Source: Candidatus Latescibacterota bacterium
Lineage (GTDB): Bacteria; Latescibacterota; UBA2968; UBA8231
DNA length: 64,000 bases
Direction: 5' to 3'
Assembly (NCBI GenBank): GCA_965217585.1
Contig: OZ244561.1
Location: forward strand, 6,592,001 to 6,656,000
In this document: in pieces, positions 29,703 to 40,799 of the stretch
Numbering within the stretch: position 1 is the stretch's first letter
Layout: each line of letters starts with the position of its first letter
Made by a program: the position numbers and the translations under genes
The notes under the pieces: generated by a model
Told to the model about the DNA's origin: nothing
Seen by the model: only the letters and a program-made list of their open reading frames with translations
The model's database searches: none

Positions 29703-32306
29703 GGCTTAGATGACCGCTTTACCCACTACGAGATAAGGGCCCCCTTCACCGGGACCATCATCTACAAACACATAACCCAAGGCGAAGTGCTCAAGGACGA
29801 TTCCGAAGCCTTCATCGTGGCCGACCTGCGTTCAGTGTGGGTTCTGTTGACGGCCTATCAGAAAGACCTGCCCTTCCTGCGCATCGGCCAAGCCGCTTTC
29901 CCGATGTCTCGCCCAACCTAGTCCAAGTATTCACCGTCACCGAGGGCTTGGCTCCCGAAGAAATCGAAACCTACGTCACCTATCCCATCGAGACGGTGAT
30001 GAACGGCCTGCCGAGCATCGAGAACATCCGCTCCGTGTCCAACTTCGGCCTCTCGGTCGTCAACATCTATTTTGCCGACGGAATAGACATCTACTTTGCT
30101 CGCCAGTTGGTCAACGAACGACTCCAAGAGGCCCGAGAACAGATCCCGGAGGGCTTTGGCGAACCCGCGATGGGGCCGATTTCGACCGGCATGGGCTTGG
30201 TGCTGTTCTACTACCTCGAAGACACCACCGGCGAGCACTCGCGTCCGGCCCAGCCTAGTGGTGGCCCTGGCCATTCCCTTTTCAGTGCTGTTCGCAACCC
30301 TCGGCATGCACTATTTCGGCCTCTCGGCCAACCTCATGTCCCTCGGCGGCTTGGCCATCGCCATTGGCATGATGGTGGACGGGACCATTGTCGTGGTCGA
30401 AAACGTGGACCGCATTCTGCGCCAAGCCGAACCAGACGAGGGACGCATCCAAGTCGTAGCCCGCGCCTGCGTGGAAGTCGGCCGTCCCATTGTCTTCGCC
30501 ATCGTCATCATCATTCTCGTATTCCTGCCCTTGTTCACCCTGCAAGGGGTAGAGGGCAAAACCTTCCGCCCCCTCGCCTACACGGTGGCCATGGCCATGT
30601 TGGGCTCGCTGATTTTTGCCCTGTTCCTAGCCCCGGTGTTGTCGAACCTGTTGCTGCGGGCACCAAAATCCGGGCGCGAAGGCACCCAAGCCAGCGAAGG
30701 CTGGATGATGCGCCGCTTGGTGGCTGCTTATCGACCCATTGTCACGCGCTTCGTTGCCCACCGCTTCTGGGCACTCGGCTCAGCCGGCATCCTCCTGCTC
30801 ATCGGGCTGGCGATTTTTCCGCGCCTCGGATCGGAGTTTACCCCGGCCCTGCAGGAAGGCACCCTAGTCCTGCGGCTGACCATGGCCCCCTCCATCTCGC
30901 TCAAGGAAAGCACTCGCATCACCATGCTGGTCGAGCGCCGTCTATTGCAGATCCCCGAGGTTACCGGCGCGGTTTCGCGCATCGGTCGCGGCGAAATCGG
31001 CGCTCATACCGACCCCATCAACAACGCCGAGATGTTTTTGCTGCTCAAGCCCAGGGACCAGTGGCGCACGGCCCGCGACCAAGAAGAGCTACGCGAGATC
31101 ATTCGCGCCGAGTTGGGGGAAATTCCCGGTGTGCTGACCAACTTCACCCAACCCATTGCCATGACTGTGGATGAATTGCTCGAAGGGGTGCGGGCCGAAC
31201 TGGCGGTCAAGCTCTTCGGGGACGATCTGGACGTGTTAAAACAGAAGGCCGACGAAATCGCCCAAGTGGTCAATGCAGTTACCGGCGCGGCCGATGTCCA
31301 GGTGGACCAGATCAGCGGCACGCCCCAGCTACTCATCCAGGTTGACCGGCAGGCGATCTCCCGTTACGGCGTCAATGTGGCCGATGTGCAAAAGGTGGTG
31401 CAGGCGGCCGTGGGCGGCGAGACGGTGGGACAAGTGTTTGAAGGAACGCGCCGCTTCGACATTGTGGTGCGCTTCGCCCCGCAATTTCGCAGCAGCCCCG
31501 AGGCCATTGCCCAAATCCTGGTCCAGTCCCCCAAGGGCGTCCAGCTCCCGCTGGTTCAGTTGGCCCAGATCGAAGAAGTGGTCGGGCCGCGCCAGATCAC
31601 CCGCGAAAAGAGCCAGCGCTTCATCACGGTTCAGTGCAATGTCACCGACCGGGATATTGGCTCCTTTGTCGCGGACGCGCAAAAGGCCATCGCCGACCAA
31701 GTGGACCTGCCGCCGGGTTATCTGGTGACCTGGGGCGGCCAGTTCCGCCTGCAGCAAGAAGCCAACAAGCGGCTGGCCATCGTCGTGCCCATCACCCTCT
31801 TCGTGCTCTTCTTGCTGTTGTTTTCCAGCTTCAATTCGCTTAAAAACGCGACCCTTATCTTACTCAATATCCCGCTGGCGCTAGTGGGCGGAGTGGTGGC
31901 TTTGTGGCTGACCGGACAAAACCTGTCCGTGCCATCCTCGGTCGGTTTCATCGCTTTGTTCGGCATTGCCTTGGAAAACAGCATGGTGCTGGTGACCTAC
32001 TTCAACCAGCTCGTCCGCGATGGCGTGGACCTCGACGAAGCCTCAATCCAAGGGGCCTGTCTGCGGGTGCGGCCGGTGCTGATGACCGCCCTGACGACGG
32101 CCCTTGGGCTGATTCCGCTGCTGTTTTCCAGCGGCACCGGCAGCGAAGTACAACGACCGCTAGCTACGGTAGTCGTCGGAGGCTTGGTCAGCTCGACCGT
32201 GTTGACTTTGCTGGTGCTGCCGGCGCTCTACAAGTGGTTTGCTGTGCAACTGAATCACGGAGAAGCGGAAGCGCTATTGGCGAAACGAGAAGAAGTGACC
32301 TTCTAA
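29703..32306 (+). pseudogene. deleted czcB-czcA (heavy-metal RND efflux) remnant
   Basis: MFP fragment YEIRAPFTGTI...ADLRSVWV...LRIGQ, then (shift near 29895) CzcA FPDVSPNLVQV...DTTGEHS, then (shift near 30240) VRPSLVVALAIPFS to the C-terminus; no start codon and no czcC. Confidence 0.85.
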
Positions 32307-32419
32307 TCAGGCGTCTCGACCAAAATTTCGGCCCAGCGCCGTCTATAGCCTTATTCTTATATTTATAGCATTATAAGAGTCTTGTCGCCTTATCCCAATG
32401 ATGCCCAGGAGGCTATTGA

Positions 32420-33655
32420 GTGACCTTTGAATTTCTTGGGATATTGACCAGTTTTTTCGACTTCCTCTGGTCATCCTTCCTGTTGTTAGCGCCCATGCTG
32501 TTGCTGGGGCTGTTCCTTTCCGGCCTGATTCATGTGTTCATCTCCCGCCAGGCCATACTCCGCTGGCTCCGCGACGACAGTCTAAAATCCGTAACCACAA
32601 GTTCGGCCATCGGCGTGCCCGTGCCGCTGTGCAGTTGTTCGGTCGTGCCGGTAGTCGCTGAGATGCGCCGGAAGGGCGCGTCTCGTTCGTCCTGCATGTC
32701 CTTCCTGATAACCGCGCCGGAGACAGGCGCAGACTCGATCCTAGTCACCAATGCGTTCTTCGGCTTCGTCGTTGCCATTGTCCGGCCCGTCATCAGCTTC
32801 ATCACCGCGGTCGTCGCCGGGATCTTTTGCATCGGCCTCATAAAAGACGACCGCGACGAAGCCAAGGCGAGCGACCCCGACCACTGCCACGACTGTGACC
32901 ACGATCATGGCTCGCATCAAGCACTCATAGCCGACAGAGATGATTGCTACGTCAGTCCGTCGCAACTAAAGGTGTTATTGGTCAACTGGTTGAAGGGAAA
33001 TGCCACCAGCGATCCTTCTCCGGGCGATGTCTCCACAGACGATCAGGATCTAGATTTCAAGAAGCTGGTCAAGCACGTCTTTCGCTATGGCTTCATTGAG
33101 ATAGCGGACGACATTCTCTTTGCGCTGCTGGTGGGCGTTGCCTTGGGAGGCGTGCTTTTTCTGGCGATTCCAAGCGACCTGATGTCAAACGAGTATGCCC
33201 GCTGGCTATCCTATCCGGTCATGGTGCTGATCGGCATTCCCCTCTATATCTGCGCTTCCGCCAGTACCCCGATCGCCGCCGCACTAGTTGCCAAGGGGGT
33301 CAGCCCCGGCGCGGCGCTGATTTTCCTCATGACCGGACCGGCCACCAATACGGGCACCATCGCGATCATCGTCAGCCAGTTCGGCTCCCGCTTCGCGTCC
33401 ATCTACGTCGTCGCAGTCATCGCGGTTACGGTCATTCTCGGCATCGCCATCGACGTGCTGCTTCTGGCCGCTGGTCTGACGATTTCCGTGAACCTCGACG
33501 CCTCCCATGCGCCGGCCATTCAACTGCTGCAATGGGGAAGCGCTTTGCTCCTCATTGCCCTGATGGTCTGGCGCTTCCGGGCCGGTGCCCTGCGCAACGG
33601 CTACGAGGATATGCTGTTCAATCTTCGTTTCCGGTCCAGCACTAGCGACCGGTGA
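32420..33655 (+). CDS. DUF318/SO_0444-family metal permease
   Basis: PLCSCSVVP, FLITAPETG, YICASASTP, His/Cys loop DHCHDCDHDHGSH. Confidence 0.85.
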   Translation: MTFEFLGILTSFFDFLWSSFLLLAPMLLLGLFLSGLIHVFISRQAILRWLRDDSLKSVTTSSAIGVPVPLCSCSVVPVVAEMRRKGASRSSCMSFLITAPETGADSILVTNAFFGFVVAIVRPVISFITAVVAGIFCIGLIKDDRDEAKASDPDHCHDCDHDHGSHQALIADRDDCYVSPSQLKVLLVNWLKGNATSDPSPGDVSTDDQDLDFKKLVKHVFRYGFIEIADDILFALLVGVALGGVLFLAIPSDLMSNEYARWLSYPVMVLIGIPLYICASASTPIAAALVAKGVSPGAALIFLMTGPATNTGTIAIIVSQFGSRFASIYVVAVIAVTVILGIAIDVLLLAAGLTISVNLDASHAPAIQLLQWGSALLLIALMVWRFRAGALRNGYEDMLFNLRFRSSTSDR

Positions 33656-33732
33656 GGGGCCCCCTGATCCGCAGTCGTTTCTTGCGGGGCATCATCTTCC
33701 CACCACACCAATCGGTCCACTTCTTCCCGTAT

Positions 33733-34465
33733 CTACGTTTCTGACCCCAGAAACTGCCGGATGTACTCGCCTTTAGGTGTCAGCAGGGTAGAGACGTCGA
33801 TCACATTGGGCACTTTATCCATTATCTTTTCACGGATCTGTTTAACGACGACGTACCCTTCTTTTCGCAATCAGCATGGGGCTGTTCAGGCGTATGCCCT
33901 TGCGCCGGGTCACGCAGAAAAGTATTTCCTTGGCAATCACTGAAATGACGATCACCCCGCCGACGAGAAAGAACAAATGACCTAAGCCCCCTTCGCCATC
34001 CTCTATGGGGTGTTCTTGGTCGTGGTCGTCGGGGTCTTCTATCCCATGGGTTTCCGCTTCTTCCACAATAGCTGTGGACATCCCATGATCGTGATCGTGA
34101 TAGCCGAAAGCATCCATAATCAGTTCCACACTCACAAACGCGAGCAGGAACGCGGCAAAAAGCGCCAGCAGGGTTTCGATGCGACGGCGGCCGTAATGGA
34201 ACTTTACATCCTCCCCCTGTTGCTCAGACTGCGATCCCATCCGCACGGCGACCCAAGCGACGACATCGGATACAATGTCCGACAGCGAGTGAACCCCTGA
34301 AGCAGTCAGTGGCAGGTACCCGGTAACGCTGCCGAGGACGATTTTTACGACTCCCAGTATGCCGTTTGTAACGCCACCTGCAGCGATGATGGCAGTAGCT
34401 TCTTGAAGTCTCTGTTTTTCGTTTGATTCTACGTGCATGTGCATACCACTTGCCCTCCTGTACAA
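33733..34465 (-). pseudogene. CDF cation efflux transporter with internal deletion
   Basis: HSLSD, YGRRRIE, His loop, KEILF...SPMLIA; then an out-of-frame C-terminal piece KEGYVVVKQIREKIMDKVPNVIDV...*; the TM5 HxxxD segment is missing. Confidence 0.75.
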
Positions 34466-34706
34466 TGCCGTGGCGACGGCTCATACGACTTCTGGGTGAT
34501 GTGTTGGGGATTGGGATCTGTTAGCGCGGGACCTCAGCAGTGGAGGGTACTGAGCTCAACCGCAACTTTGTATATAATAAACTCCTCTCGCACCTAACAA
34601 GGTCGCGTGGTGCAATACACAACCCGACATCGCCAAGGGGAAAAGCAATGACGTTGCAAGAAACCGCGATCGCCGGCTGCCCAGCTAGTTTCCGGTTATA
34701 GCCATC

Positions 34707-35573
34707 ATGGATTCAAACGCTCTACTGGTTTTGTCGGCCTACTCAGCCGCTATCCTTGCTGCTTCCCTTCTCGGCGGGAAATTGGCGGCCTTGGGTACCA
34801 TGACGCATACGCGTACTCAGGTCGTGATGAGTCTGGTGGCCGGCTTCATCCTCGGCATCGCCATGTTTCACCTGCTACCCCACAGCCTCAATCGCATTCC
34901 CGGGCCTGACATGGTAGAAAAAGCCGTGGGATGGATGGTATTAGGCATGGTGCTAATGATTTTCCTGCTGCGTATCTTTCACTTTCACCGGCATGACTTC
35001 AGCAGCGAGGCGAGCGATCTATACGATCAACACGACCACGGTGGTTCCGGCATCCATTCGCGGAGTTTGTTCGGCGTTGCCATCGGCCTAGGGGTACACA
35101 CCGTGACCGAAGGGATCGCGCTGGGCACTAGCATGAAGATGGGGCCGCCGCATGAAAACGACGTCGCATTAGCAGGCCTAGGGGTATTCCTCGCCATTCT
35201 GCTGCACAAGCCGCTCGATGCGTACTCCATTATCGGCATGATGAAGTCCGCCGGTCACAGCCAGCGCGCCCGAACATTGGCCAATGCCGGATTTGCCATG
35301 CTGTGCCCTGTGGTGGCTATAGCGAGCTTTGGGGGTGTGGAATTGCTTGGCCCGGAAGAAGGGGCGATAGTCGGCTATGTGCTGGCCTTTGCGGCGGGCG
35401 CGTTCTTGTGCATTGCCTTGAGCGACCTGCTGCCGGAGATCCATTTCCACAGCCACGATCGCGGCAAGCTCATCGCATCCCTCCTCGTGGGCATCGGTCT
35501 CGCCTACGCACTGTATTACGTTGAATCCAGCGCCATCCACGGACATGGGATGGAGCCGCACGAGGGGCATTAG
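34707..35573 (+). CDS. ZIP-family metal (Zn) uptake transporter
   Basis: HLLPH, His loop, HTVTEG, LHKPLD, DLLPE. Confidence 0.88.
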   Translation: MDSNALLVLSAYSAAILAASLLGGKLAALGTMTHTRTQVVMSLVAGFILGIAMFHLLPHSLNRIPGPDMVEKAVGWMVLGMVLMIFLLRIFHFHRHDFSSEASDLYDQHDHGGSGIHSRSLFGVAIGLGVHTVTEGIALGTSMKMGPPHENDVALAGLGVFLAILLHKPLDAYSIIGMMKSAGHSQRARTLANAGFAMLCPVVAIASFGGVELLGPEEGAIVGYVLAFAAGAFLCIALSDLLPEIHFHSHDRGKLIASLLVGIGLAYALYYVESSAIHGHGMEPHEGH

Positions 35574-36584
35574 CTATATCGCCACCTTATCCCTCTTCTT
35601 CACCGATTCAATTTCCTTCAAACACAATAGCAGCGAGTTCCGCGCACTCTGACCACCCAGCTCCTGCGACGCCCTGCCGCGCGCGATCGCATCCACCGCT
35701 TCCTGCAACTCGCCGACGAAGCCATCCTCGCCCGGCAGGGACGGCGTGCAGACCTCGCCGTCCTTGGTCAACAGTTGCGGCGGCTGGCCCCAAGAGGAGT
35801 TGTACTTGAGCGTGGCCTCCTCAAAGTACACGTCATAGCCGTGTTCAAAGGGACAGCCCTGTTGCGCCAACCAGCCGCCTTCGGCACTGATGGCCATTGG
35901 GCCGTCGTACTGGTAGTGGGTGTTGATGTACTCGACCGTCTCACCCCGGCCAAGGTACCCTTGCGCGCTAACCGCCGTGGGCATCCCGAACAAAAACTGC
36001 ACGAAGTCCGCGTCGTGGATATGGAGGTCAATCGCTGGGCCGCCGGTGCGCTGCAAATCTTCTGGTGCCCACCACGCCGGGCGCGAGATAATCCGCTTGA
36101 AGTGGGCGGCGAGCACCGGGCCGTGCTCCGCGTCGTCAACGATCTGTTTGATCAGCCGGAATTCTGGGAAATACCGCAGGACGTGTGCAACCATAAACTG
36201 ACGCTGGTGTTCCTCGGCCGCCGCCACGATCCGGTCGGCATCGTCCAAGGCTACTGCAATGGGCTTTTCCAATAGCACGTGCTTGCCCGCGGTTAGTGCA
36301 CGGACGCTGGTCTCGACGTGCATCGTCGTCGGCAGGCAGATATCCACCAAGTCGATCTCCGGATCGGCGCACAGCTCGTCCAACGTTTCGTAGCACCGTA
36401 TTCCCGACAAGTCCTGCTCCCCGCCACTGTCGCCGAAATTGCCCTGAATGTCGCGCCAATCTCCCGCGCGCTTTTTGGGGTCGCGGGAGACGATGGCCGC
36501 GACCTGGCTCCCTTTAACTTGGGCTATAGCCTTGTAATGAGTCATGCCCATGAAACCTATGCCGACAATGCCGATATTGACCAT
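35574..36584 (-). CDS. Gfo/Idh/MocA oxidoreductase
   Basis: GIGFMG, GKHVLLEKP, DLHIHD. Confidence 0.9.
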   Translation of the reverse strand: MVNIGIVGIGFMGMTHYKAIAQVKGSQVAAIVSRDPKKRAGDWRDIQGNFGDSGGEQDLSGIRCYETLDELCADPEIDLVDICLPTTMHVETSVRALTAGKHVLLEKPIAVALDDADRIVAAAEEHQRQFMVAHVLRYFPEFRLIKQIVDDAEHGPVLAAHFKRIISRPAWWAPEDLQRTGGPAIDLHIHDADFVQFLFGMPTAVSAQGYLGRGETVEYINTHYQYDGPMAISAEGGWLAQQGCPFEHGYDVYFEEATLKYNSSWGQPPQLLTKDGEVCTPSLPGEDGFVGELQEAVDAIARGRASQELGGQSARNSLLLCLKEIESVKKRDKVAI

Positions 36585-36742
36585 TATTTCCTCCTTGTGT
36601 GGAGCTGCTAGAATAGGCTTGGGGTCCGACTACTGTCAAGCTAACCGTGCAGTACGGCCAGTTTGCCGACTGGAAGTGATGCGATGCCGGAGTCCTCACG
36701 CCACGCTGAATTGAGCGCTAGCTGGAACGACGAGAGGCGACG

Positions 36743-38050
36743 CTACAGGTCGCGCAAGTGCTGTGCGTAATACAACGGCCAAGTCTCAACTACACCTCCC
36801 CCCTCACCACCAGGACCGCCGATGAGTTTAATGGCGCACCGCGGCCGGTAGCGCTCCACGTAGGACCGCAAGCTGCGAGCGTGGGTACGGGTACCGCTTT
36901 TTACCTCGACAGGGATGACTTCTCCATCGCGGCCGCGATGGAGAAACTCCACTTGGGCGTTGGCCTGCTCCCATCCGAACGTGGGATACGCCACGCGTAC
37001 ACTCAGTTCGTTCTGGACGAAGTTTTCCGCAATGTAGCCCTTGAAGCTAAGGCTCTGCGCCCGTTGGTCGGCATATCTCAGACCAAGCATGTAGCCAAGC
37101 AACCCCACATCAAATAAGTAGAGCTTGAAAATGTTCTGCCGCGCCTGTGCCCATAGAGGGGCTTCGGGCCTTCCCTTGATGGGATAGCACTTCCGCACCA
37201 GCTTGGCTGTCTCCAACCAGTCAATAGGGCCGCGCAACTCTTGATAGCGCCGCTTCCGCTCGACTACATCCCTGAACCTAAAACGCTGCACGGAGTCGTC
37301 CTGGCAGGCGGCCAGTTGACGCGGTACGCTCGCAAACACTTCATCAATGTGTTGCGCGTGGAGCTTGCCAGCATACTTCCCAAAATCGCGTTGGTAGCCC
37401 ACGATGAGATCGCGGTGAATTCGCCCGACCCGCTCAACCCGCTCGCGGATACTGCCCTCCACAGCAAACCACTCAGCCACCGCTTCCGGCATACCACCGA
37501 CGAAGTAGTACGCGAGTAGGAAGGGCCATAGCTGTTGGTGAACGGCCTGTCCGCGCCGTTGCGCTCGAAATGCCTGCAAAAGCCTCGGCTGCTCGGCGGC
37601 CATCAGAAATTCCTCAAAGCACAGCGGGAACAGCTCTAACTGCTGGACCTTGCCGACCGGAAACGAGTCGAGCAGACCGATATTGGAGCCGGAGGCGCAG
37701 ACGAACGTTTGGGGGAGATCTTCGGCAAAATACTTGAGCGAATCGACAGCGGCTTGACACTCTCCCACCTCGTCGAAGAAGATGAGATCCTGCTCAACAT
37801 TGATGTCCACATTGAAGCGCAGCTCGATGTTTGATAGCACGGCCCGCGGGTCGAGGCTATCAGCGAACAACTCCGCCAGCCCCGGCTCCAGCCGGAAGTC
37901 GAGTCTATGCACTTGGCGGAACTCCTGCGGCCCGAAAAGCTGTTCGATCAGGTAGGTCTTGCCGACTTGACGTGCGCCGTCGAGCAATACTGGCTTGCGC
38001 CCCGGTTGACGTTTCCACTCTACCAGCTCGTCAATCAATAAGCGTTGCAA
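36743..38050 (-). CDS. AAA+ ATPase with DUF4143 and C-terminal PD-(D/E)XK-like domain
   Basis: GARQVGKT, FFDEV, ASGS, GGMP, YLFDVG, IPVEVKSG; TTG start 38050. Confidence 0.88.
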   Translation of the reverse strand: MQRLLIDELVEWKRQPGRKPVLLDGARQVGKTYLIEQLFGPQEFRQVHRLDFRLEPGLAELFADSLDPRAVLSNIELRFNVDINVEQDLIFFDEVGECQAAVDSLKYFAEDLPQTFVCASGSNIGLLDSFPVGKVQQLELFPLCFEEFLMAAEQPRLLQAFRAQRRGQAVHQQLWPFLLAYYFVGGMPEAVAEWFAVEGSIRERVERVGRIHRDLIVGYQRDFGKYAGKLHAQHIDEVFASVPRQLAACQDDSVQRFRFRDVVERKRRYQELRGPIDWLETAKLVRKCYPIKGRPEAPLWAQARQNIFKLYLFDVGLLGYMLGLRYADQRAQSLSFKGYIAENFVQNELSVRVAYPTFGWEQANAQVEFLHRGRDGEVIPVEVKSGTRTHARSLRSYVERYRPRCAIKLIGGPGGEGGGVVETWPLYYAQHLRDL

Positions 38051-38074
38051 AGAATTGCTCCTATTCGATGGGAA

Positions 38075-38135
38075 AACAGCACTTTTATGAAGATAAAAAT
38101 ACAATACAACAGCACTTTTATGAAGATAAAAGTGC
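38075..38135. repeat. 24-bp direct repeat with palindrome (putative operator)
   Basis: AACAGCACTTTTATGAAGATAAAA at 38075 and 38108; GCACTTTTAT-N4-ATAAAAGTGC at 38112-38135. Confidence 0.8.
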
Positions 38136-38293
38136 GAATTCCGAACATTTTTTTTAGGTAAAGAGGGAACTCACCCGCCAAACTCCACTAACCGCTACGC
38201 ACCCTTTTGGCGATCATTTGCAGGGCTGTTATACTATCTCGCGTACCGGACAAGCTACCGATGCGGCACTAGACACCAACGAGGAACTATCCC

Positions 38294-39430
38294 ATGCCCG
38301 CTGAAACCTATGGCATTCTGCTGGTCAGCTTCAGCAAGCACAGCCACCAGCAGCACTTCATCCCCCTGTACCAAGCCCATCCCCGCCTGCGCATCATCGG
38401 CGTCGCCGACCACCCCGACATCGACCCGGACTTGCGCCGCTACAATCAGCACTGGGCTGGCCAACTCGGCGTGCCCTACTCAGAGGACCTCGACGAGTCC
38501 ATCGACAACCCGGCCGTCGATATTGTCAGCGTCGGCTGCGAGATCGAACGGCGGTCCGCGCTCATCGTCCGCGCTGCCGAGGCCGGCAAGCACCTGTGGA
38601 TCGACAAGTTTCCCGGGGCTACCCTCGCCGAGTCCGAGGCGTCCGCAGTCGCGGTCGAGCGCACCGGCGTCCGGGCGATCATCCCCGGCTACGCCTACGG
38701 CACCCTCGCCCAGCACACCCGCCACGTCCTCACCAGCGGCGACTTAGGCACCCTGCTCGGCGTTCACGTCGATGTGATGTTCGGCAAGGGCTGGCCGCGC
38801 CCGATAACTCAACGCCGCGCCTTTGTTGCACCCAATGGCCGGTGGAAATACCCCGATATTAAAAGAGAACTGCTGACGGTGGGCGCATACGCCGTCGGCC
38901 TGATCCAGGAATGCCTCGGCCCCATCCGCCACGTCGTCGGCCACGCTGGAGCCTTCTTCTTCCCCGAACACGCCGCCCACGGCTGCGACGATTTTGGCAC
39001 CCTGACCATGACCGATGCCGACGGCCGCGTGGCCACCTTGTGCGGCGGACGCATTGGTGCAGCTTCCCATCCCCAAGGCGGACCATCGCGGGCGTACTTA
39101 ATCGGCACCCGCCAGAGCGCCACCATTGATGCCAAAAGACCAGCGCTGGACGCCTATCTACGCGACTACAGCACCGGCTACGACTATCGGCCCGATCCCC
39201 AGGACCCCATGCAGTGGCACGGAGGCCCACCCGTCCCAACCGCTTCCCTATCCGAAGACACAGCGGGCCTGGCAGCCGGGCTCGACGATTTGGTCGCCGC
39301 CATCGACGACGACCGCCCACCCCGCTATGGCGTGCGCCAAGCGCGGGATTTGATGGAAATTATCCTCGCTGGCTACCGCGCTGTCGAGTGCGACGCGGCC
39401 ATCGACCTGCCGCTGGAGCAAGAGCTATGA
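38294..39430 (+). CDS. Gfo/Idh/MocA oxidoreductase
   Basis: AGKHLWIDK, SGDLG, overall family architecture. Confidence 0.8.
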   Translation: MPAETYGILLVSFSKHSHQQHFIPLYQAHPRLRIIGVADHPDIDPDLRRYNQHWAGQLGVPYSEDLDESIDNPAVDIVSVGCEIERRSALIVRAAEAGKHLWIDKFPGATLAESEASAVAVERTGVRAIIPGYAYGTLAQHTRHVLTSGDLGTLLGVHVDVMFGKGWPRPITQRRAFVAPNGRWKYPDIKRELLTVGAYAVGLIQECLGPIRHVVGHAGAFFFPEHAAHGCDDFGTLTMTDADGRVATLCGGRIGAASHPQGGPSRAYLIGTRQSATIDAKRPALDAYLRDYSTGYDYRPDPQDPMQWHGGPPVPTASLSEDTAGLAAGLDDLVAAIDDDRPPRYGVRQARDLMEIILAGYRAVECDAAIDLPLEQEL

Positions 39431-40263
39431 CGATCGCCCTCAGTGCCCATCCCGCCCTCGATCCACTCGTCGGCCAACTCGCCGCCGCCCTGCCGATCAA
39501 GGGCCTGTACTATCCAGCGCGTCGGCACCCCGACACCGCCCTGCCCTTTTTTAGCGACTTGCCGGCCATGCTCCAGGCAACCAACCCCCGCGTCTGCGCT
39601 TTCCTCTCGCCTTATGCAGACCTCCTCAATGATGTCCGCACCTGCCTCCAGGCCGGCGTTGCCGTCCTTTGCGCCGGGCCAGTGCCCAAGGCCGACCTGC
39701 CCATCGCCAGCGGCGGCGTCCATCGCGGGTCGCCCCTGTTTGCCAAGGCGCTACAGCAGCGACGCGACCCCTCGTTCGCCGAGCCGGTCTATTTGCGCCT
39801 CGTGGCCGGCGTCCAGGGGCCGGGCTTGCTGTCGGCGTGGTGGGCCGCTTGTCGCCAGCTAGCCTTGGCCAGCGACCTGCTGGGCGAAACTCCCTCCCAG
39901 GTACATCTTTGCGCCAACCGTCACGGCCGCGCCTACCAAGTAGTGCTGACCGCCACGGCTCCCAGCGGCGCGGCGCTCCAGCTAGTCGTCGCTCCTCAGC
40001 CTGCGCTGGCCGAGTTGACCTTGCTGGGCCGAGGCGGCGTGATCTCGGCCAGCGCCGCGCACAGCGGGATCGCCCTATCCAGCGCTAAGGGAACCCAAGT
40101 CGTGCCGGACGCGACAGCCCCTCCGGCCGAACTGGCGTGGTTGCGCGATTTTTGGGAGAAAAAGAATCCGCCGAGCGAGAACTCAGGCGACAACAGCGAA
40201 GCCCTGCTCAGCGGCCTGCGGCGGGCGCTGAGGACGCGCCAGCCGGTCTTGGTCAATCTCTAA
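39427..40263 (+). CDS. divergent Gfo/Idh/MocA-like protein
   Basis: ATGA overlap with the upstream gene; CLQAGVAVLCAGP and FAEPVYLR resemble a degenerate family fold. Confidence 0.5.
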   Translation: MTIALSAHPALDPLVGQLAAALPIKGLYYPARRHPDTALPFFSDLPAMLQATNPRVCAFLSPYADLLNDVRTCLQAGVAVLCAGPVPKADLPIASGGVHRGSPLFAKALQQRRDPSFAEPVYLRLVAGVQGPGLLSAWWAACRQLALASDLLGETPSQVHLCANRHGRAYQVVLTATAPSGAALQLVVAPQPALAELTLLGRGGVISASAAHSGIALSSAKGTQVVPDATAPPAELAWLRDFWEKKNPPSENSGDNSEALLSGLRRALRTRQPVLVNL

Positions 40264-40315
40264 TCACCGACGATAGAGAGAGTGCACTCCGGCCAATTGC
40301 GCTTCGGCCCTTGAG

Positions 40316-40481
40316 CTACACCGCCGACCGAATACCTGTCTGCACGAAATCGTCGCCCTTGAACAGCAGAGGTAGCTGTCGCGTCGTAGCCCCCATCGTT
40401 TAGCATCGCATCGAGAAAGTCCTGATGCTCCTGTTCGTCCATTAGCACGGCCATTAGCGCGGAGGTGTCGGCTACCATCAT
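40316..40481 (-). pseudogene. VapC/PIN toxin with internal deletion
   Basis: MMVADTSALMAVLMDE... joined out of frame to QLPLLFKGDDFVQTGIRSAV*; only 166 nt long. Confidence 0.8.
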
Positions 40482-40777
40482 TTCGGCAGCCCCTGCTCGT
40501 CGTATAGCTCCTCTTGCCAAGTTTTAGACGGTGGATTGTCGTCGTCGTATTCGTCAGGGTGTTCCTCACGCCAGCGGCGGCCAGCTTCGCTTAAAATTCT
40601 GTACTCCGCAGCGATCTCCTCCGGCGTCATCTTGAGCCTCAGTGGAGGAACTTTTGCGTCTAAGTCATCCAAGGCCATTTTCAGCACCCGCTCGTGAGCA
40701 TCGGAGTCAGTAAACGCCAACCGTTCCGCCAATGCCTCGACTTGGGCCTCCATTTCCGGTTTCAGGGTCTTAGGCAT
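40478..40777 (-). CDS. VapB-type antitoxin (Rv0623-like)
   Basis: LKPEMEAQVEALAERL...ELYDEQGLPK end; ATGA overlap with the PIN gene. Confidence 0.75.
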   Translation of the reverse strand: MPKTLKPEMEAQVEALAERLAFTDSDAHERVLKMALDDLDAKVPPLRLKMTPEEIAAEYRILSEAGRRWREEHPDEYDDDNPPSKTWQEELYDEQGLPK

Positions 40778-40799
40778 AGAGTACCTCTTCTCCTAAATT

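Noticed and set aside
29837-32306. Programmed frameshift producing a full CzcA
   Set aside because: A large block of CzcA between the fragments is absent, so this is a deletion rather than recoding.
38075-38131. Mini-CRISPR
   Set aside because: Only two copies separated by 9 bp; it fits an operator better.
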